From Octopus sinensis (lineage: Eukaryota), in the NCBI RefSeq assembly GCF_006345805.1, contig NW_021826003.1, positions 1 through 14,156 of the forward strand: a stretch of DNA of 14,156 nucleotides. The letters run 5' to 3'. How positions within the stretch are numbered: the first letter of the stretch is position 1; every line of letters begins with the position of its first letter. The position numbers were made by a program, and so were the translations under genes. The notes beneath the pieces were generated by a model. That model was not told the DNA's origin and made no database searches. It saw only the letters and a program-made list of their open reading frames with translations. Below, in pieces: positions 11,444-14,156 of the stretch.

Positions 11444-12009
11444 AAGTCGACGAGCTGACAGAAACGTTACCACTCAGGGTATTTCGTCTGTCGCTACGTT
11501 CTGGGTTCAAATTCCGCCGAGGTCAACTTTGCCTTTCATCCTTTCGGGGTCGATAAATTAAGTACCAGTTATGCACTAGGGTCGATATAATCGACTTAAT
11601 CCGTTTGTCTGTCTTTGTTTGTCCTCTCTGTGTTTAGCTCCTTGTGGGTAGTAAAGAAATAGGTATTTCGTCTGCCGCTACGTTCTGAGTTCAAATTCCG
11701 CCGAGGTCAACTTTGCCTTTCATCCTTTCGGGGTCGATAAATTAAGTATCAGTTATGCACTAGGGTCGATATAATCGACTTAATCCGTTTGTCTGTCTTT
11801 GTTTGTCCTCTCTGTGTTTAGCTCCTTGTGGGTAGTAAAGAAATAGGTATTTCGTCTACCGCTACGTTCTGAGTTAAAATTCCGCCGAGGTCGACTTTGC
11901 GTTTCGGGTTCGATATGTGAAGTACCAGTTGCGTTTTGGGATCGGTCTAATCGACTGGCTCCCCTCCCCCAAAATTTGGGGTCTTATGCCTAGAGTAGAA
12001 AAGAATATT
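11444..12009 (+). mobile_element. tRNA-derived SINE family B: one head plus tandem 184-nt units (11478-11661, 11662-11845) and a third unit with a different 3' end (11846-12009)
   Basis: Head aagtcgacgagctgacagaaacgtta and B box ggttcaaattcc 11504-11515. Units 1 and 2 differ at 3 positions. Unit 3 ends ...cttatgcctagagtagaaaagaatatt. Confidence 0.88.
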
Positions 12010-12019
12010 CTAAACGGCA

Positions 12020-12129
12020 AAGGCGACGAGCTGACAGAAAGATTAGGACGCCGGGCGAAATGCTTAGCGGTATTTCGTCTGTCTTTACGTTCTGAGTTAA
12101 AATTCCACCGAGTTCGACTTTGCCTTTCG
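12020..12129 (+). mobile_element. SINE family B head, 3'-truncated
   Basis: aggcgacgagctgacagaaagattaggacgccgggcgaaatgcttagcggtatttcgtctg...gagttaaaattccaccgagttcgactttgcctttc. Confidence 0.85.
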
Positions 12130-12560
12130 AGATCTATAAATATATATATTATTGCACTGCGGCTATTTTAGACGGCCGTAATACAATTATATCTTGCCAT
12201 CCTTGTTACTTATTTGCTTTTATTCACATACACATACATATGCACAATCTATATGTATATACATAGACACATACATACATACATATATATATATAATCAA
12301 AATAAGCAACAAGTATATCCGAGGTAGAGTGGTACAACTGTTTCATGCTACTTCATTTTATTAAACACTGTAAGTATTACATCAGTTTTAAAATGTCGAG
12401 CAATCTTCAGTCACTTATAGAAATTTTCCAATCAAACGGACCATGCACATTCTTATCTCTATTTCGTTTGCCAACATTATAAAGTGGGTAGATATATAGA
12501 CAGAGAGGTCGATTTCATTCCTAAGAACATGATAGTAGTAAATTTACTCTCTGACTGAGA

Positions 12561-12561
<1 letters not shown>

Positions 12562-12594
<33 letters not shown>

Positions 12595-12621
12595 TGTGTG
12601 TGTGTGTGTGTGTGTATATAC

Positions 12622-12695
<74 letters not shown>
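12562..12695. repeat. Compound (TA)n-(TG)n-(GATA)n microsatellite
   Basis: Direct reading of the sequence. Confidence 0.97.
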
Positions 12696-13195
12696 CATTA
12701 GAAGCACGCCCTCTCTACTCCACATCCGTCTGTCTAGAGAGGCCATGCCGTTAATGATATCGCAAATGGCAACGAAAGGACTTTGATAAACGCAACTGAT
12801 CGGCCAACCAGAAAATTAACCAAACAATCGAATCATTAATTAGTTAAATGTTAACGAATTGACTAATAAAAATGAAAGAAGTGATTTAATACCAGTGTGT
12901 GTGTGTCTGTGTGCTTAGTATTGCTATTATGACTCTCTAGAGATACAACTAAATAACATTATGTAACGTATAAAAAATTCTGGTTTAAAAAATAAAAGAA
13001 AAACCCAATACATGAAAGAAATGCAATTATCAAATTGATAATAGTGTTTTTTGTTTCATTTCGTTATTTTCTAGAAAAACAATAAATGAAAAGATAAAAA
13101 AAAATGAGCAAACAAATTTTGGAAATGTCATTTTTGTAATTAACATGTTCAGATAATTTTAATTGCGAAAAACATTTCACATAAACGACGGCAAA

Positions 13196-13386
13196 GCTGG
13201 AGCACCGCCTTGAAGAATTTTTAGACGACTAAATCGACTCCAGGGCTTATTTTTTTGGTTTTTAAAGCCTAGTACTCATTTTATCGATCATCTTTGCCGA
13301 ACGGCTATGTTATAGAGATGTAACCCCGCTCCCGACACCAAGCAGTGGTGGGGTACAGACAGAGACATAAAGATACACACAGGTAC

Positions 13387-13417
<31 letters not shown>
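13196..13417 (-). mobile_element. Degraded 3' half of SINE family A with (CA)n linker
   Basis: gctggagcaccgcctt...aaatcgactccagggcttatt...agcctagtactcatt...tttgccgaacggctatgtta aligns to 2695-2830. Confidence 0.75.
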
Positions 13418-13419
<2 letters not shown>

Positions 13420-13430
13420 TGCAAACACAC

Positions 13431-13716
13431 AAAGTCGACCTCGGTGGAATTTGAACTCACAACGTAACGGCAGACAAAATATCTATTTCTTTACTACCCT
13501 CAAGGGGCTAAACACAGAGGGGACAAAGAAGGACAGACATAGGTATTAAGTCGATTACATCGACAGCAGTGCATAACTGGTACTTAATTTATCGACCCCG
13601 AAAGGATGAAAGGCAAAGTCGACCTCGGCGGAATTTGAACTCCGAATGTAGCGACGGGTGAAATACCGCCAAGCATTTCGCCCGCCGCGCTAACGATTCT
13701 GCCAGCTCGCAGCTTT
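13431..13716 (-). mobile_element. SINE family B, minus strand: head, one 184-nt unit (13484-13667) and the start of a second unit (13431-13483)
   Basis: On the minus strand: head agctggcagaatcgttagcgcggcgggcgaaatgcttggc and B box at 13630-13642. Same gtaaagaaata|g(g/a)tattt junction as at 11661 and 11845. Confidence 0.9.
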
Positions 13717-13718
13717 CA

Positions 13719-13768
<50 letters not shown>

Positions 13769-13779
13769 TAATAATAATA

Positions 13780-13833
<54 letters not shown>
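13719..13833. repeat. (AAT)n-(GAT)n microsatellite
   Basis: Direct reading of the sequence. Confidence 0.97.
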
Positions 13834-14156
13834 TCTGAAACAGTACCTATCCTTTTAGAACACTTAATTTTATGTTACATATAAGCAATTTGATATATGT
13901 ATAAGTAGAAATAATAAAGAGTTGAAATTGTTATCAAATTATTCAATATGTTTATTGTTGCATTGTTGTTGTATTTCCTTATTTTCTCCAAAAGTCACAA
14001 AAATAAAAAAAAAATTAAAAAATATAAAATAAGTAAGAACCAAAATTTCAAAATTGTAATTTTTCAATTAGAACGTCCAAGCAATTCTATCCGCAAACAT
14101 TTCTGACGACAGGAAATAATGAAATCCAAACATACAAACACAACAAGTCGTTTGAT

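Noticed and set aside
11100-11510. Host exon or ORF 11280-11510 (-); likewise 3500-3900 and 12700-13190
   Set aside because: AT-rich unique sequence with no recognisable domain or convincing splice pair. The ORF starts inside a SINE. A small exon cannot be excluded without RNA data.
11478-12009. CRISPR-like array
   Set aside because: The units are 184-nt contiguous repeats with no unique spacers, in a eukaryotic SINE context with no cas genes.

Overview
Repeat-saturated, AT-rich eukaryotic non-coding DNA with no supportable host gene. The repeat families look like octopus/coleoid cephalopod repeats, but that is my recollection and has not been checked by a search. Much of the window is microsatellite: (AT)n, (AAT)n, (CAT)n, (ATGT)n and (GATA)n. 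The core (4301-8993) is a same-strand train of elements sitting in one (AAT)n tract. It holds a 549-nt non-coding element, a 2.77-kb 5'-truncated, frameshifted R4/Dong-clade LINE (RT with YMDD, CCHC knuckle, restriction-like endonuclease), a 123-nt repeat of that LINE's 3' end, the 3' end of a second R4/Dong family, and an internally deleted older RT fragment. A near-perfect 129-bp inverted repeat (9655-9783 / 10951-11079) brackets a 1.13-kb (AAT)n/AGT array and looks like the 3' UTR of a third TAA-tailed family. Two tRNA-derived SINE families are present. One full copy is flanked by ~295-bp direct repeats. The other family has a fixed 184-nt internal unit repeated in tandem. Almost all ORF-track entries are microsatellite or antisense artefacts.
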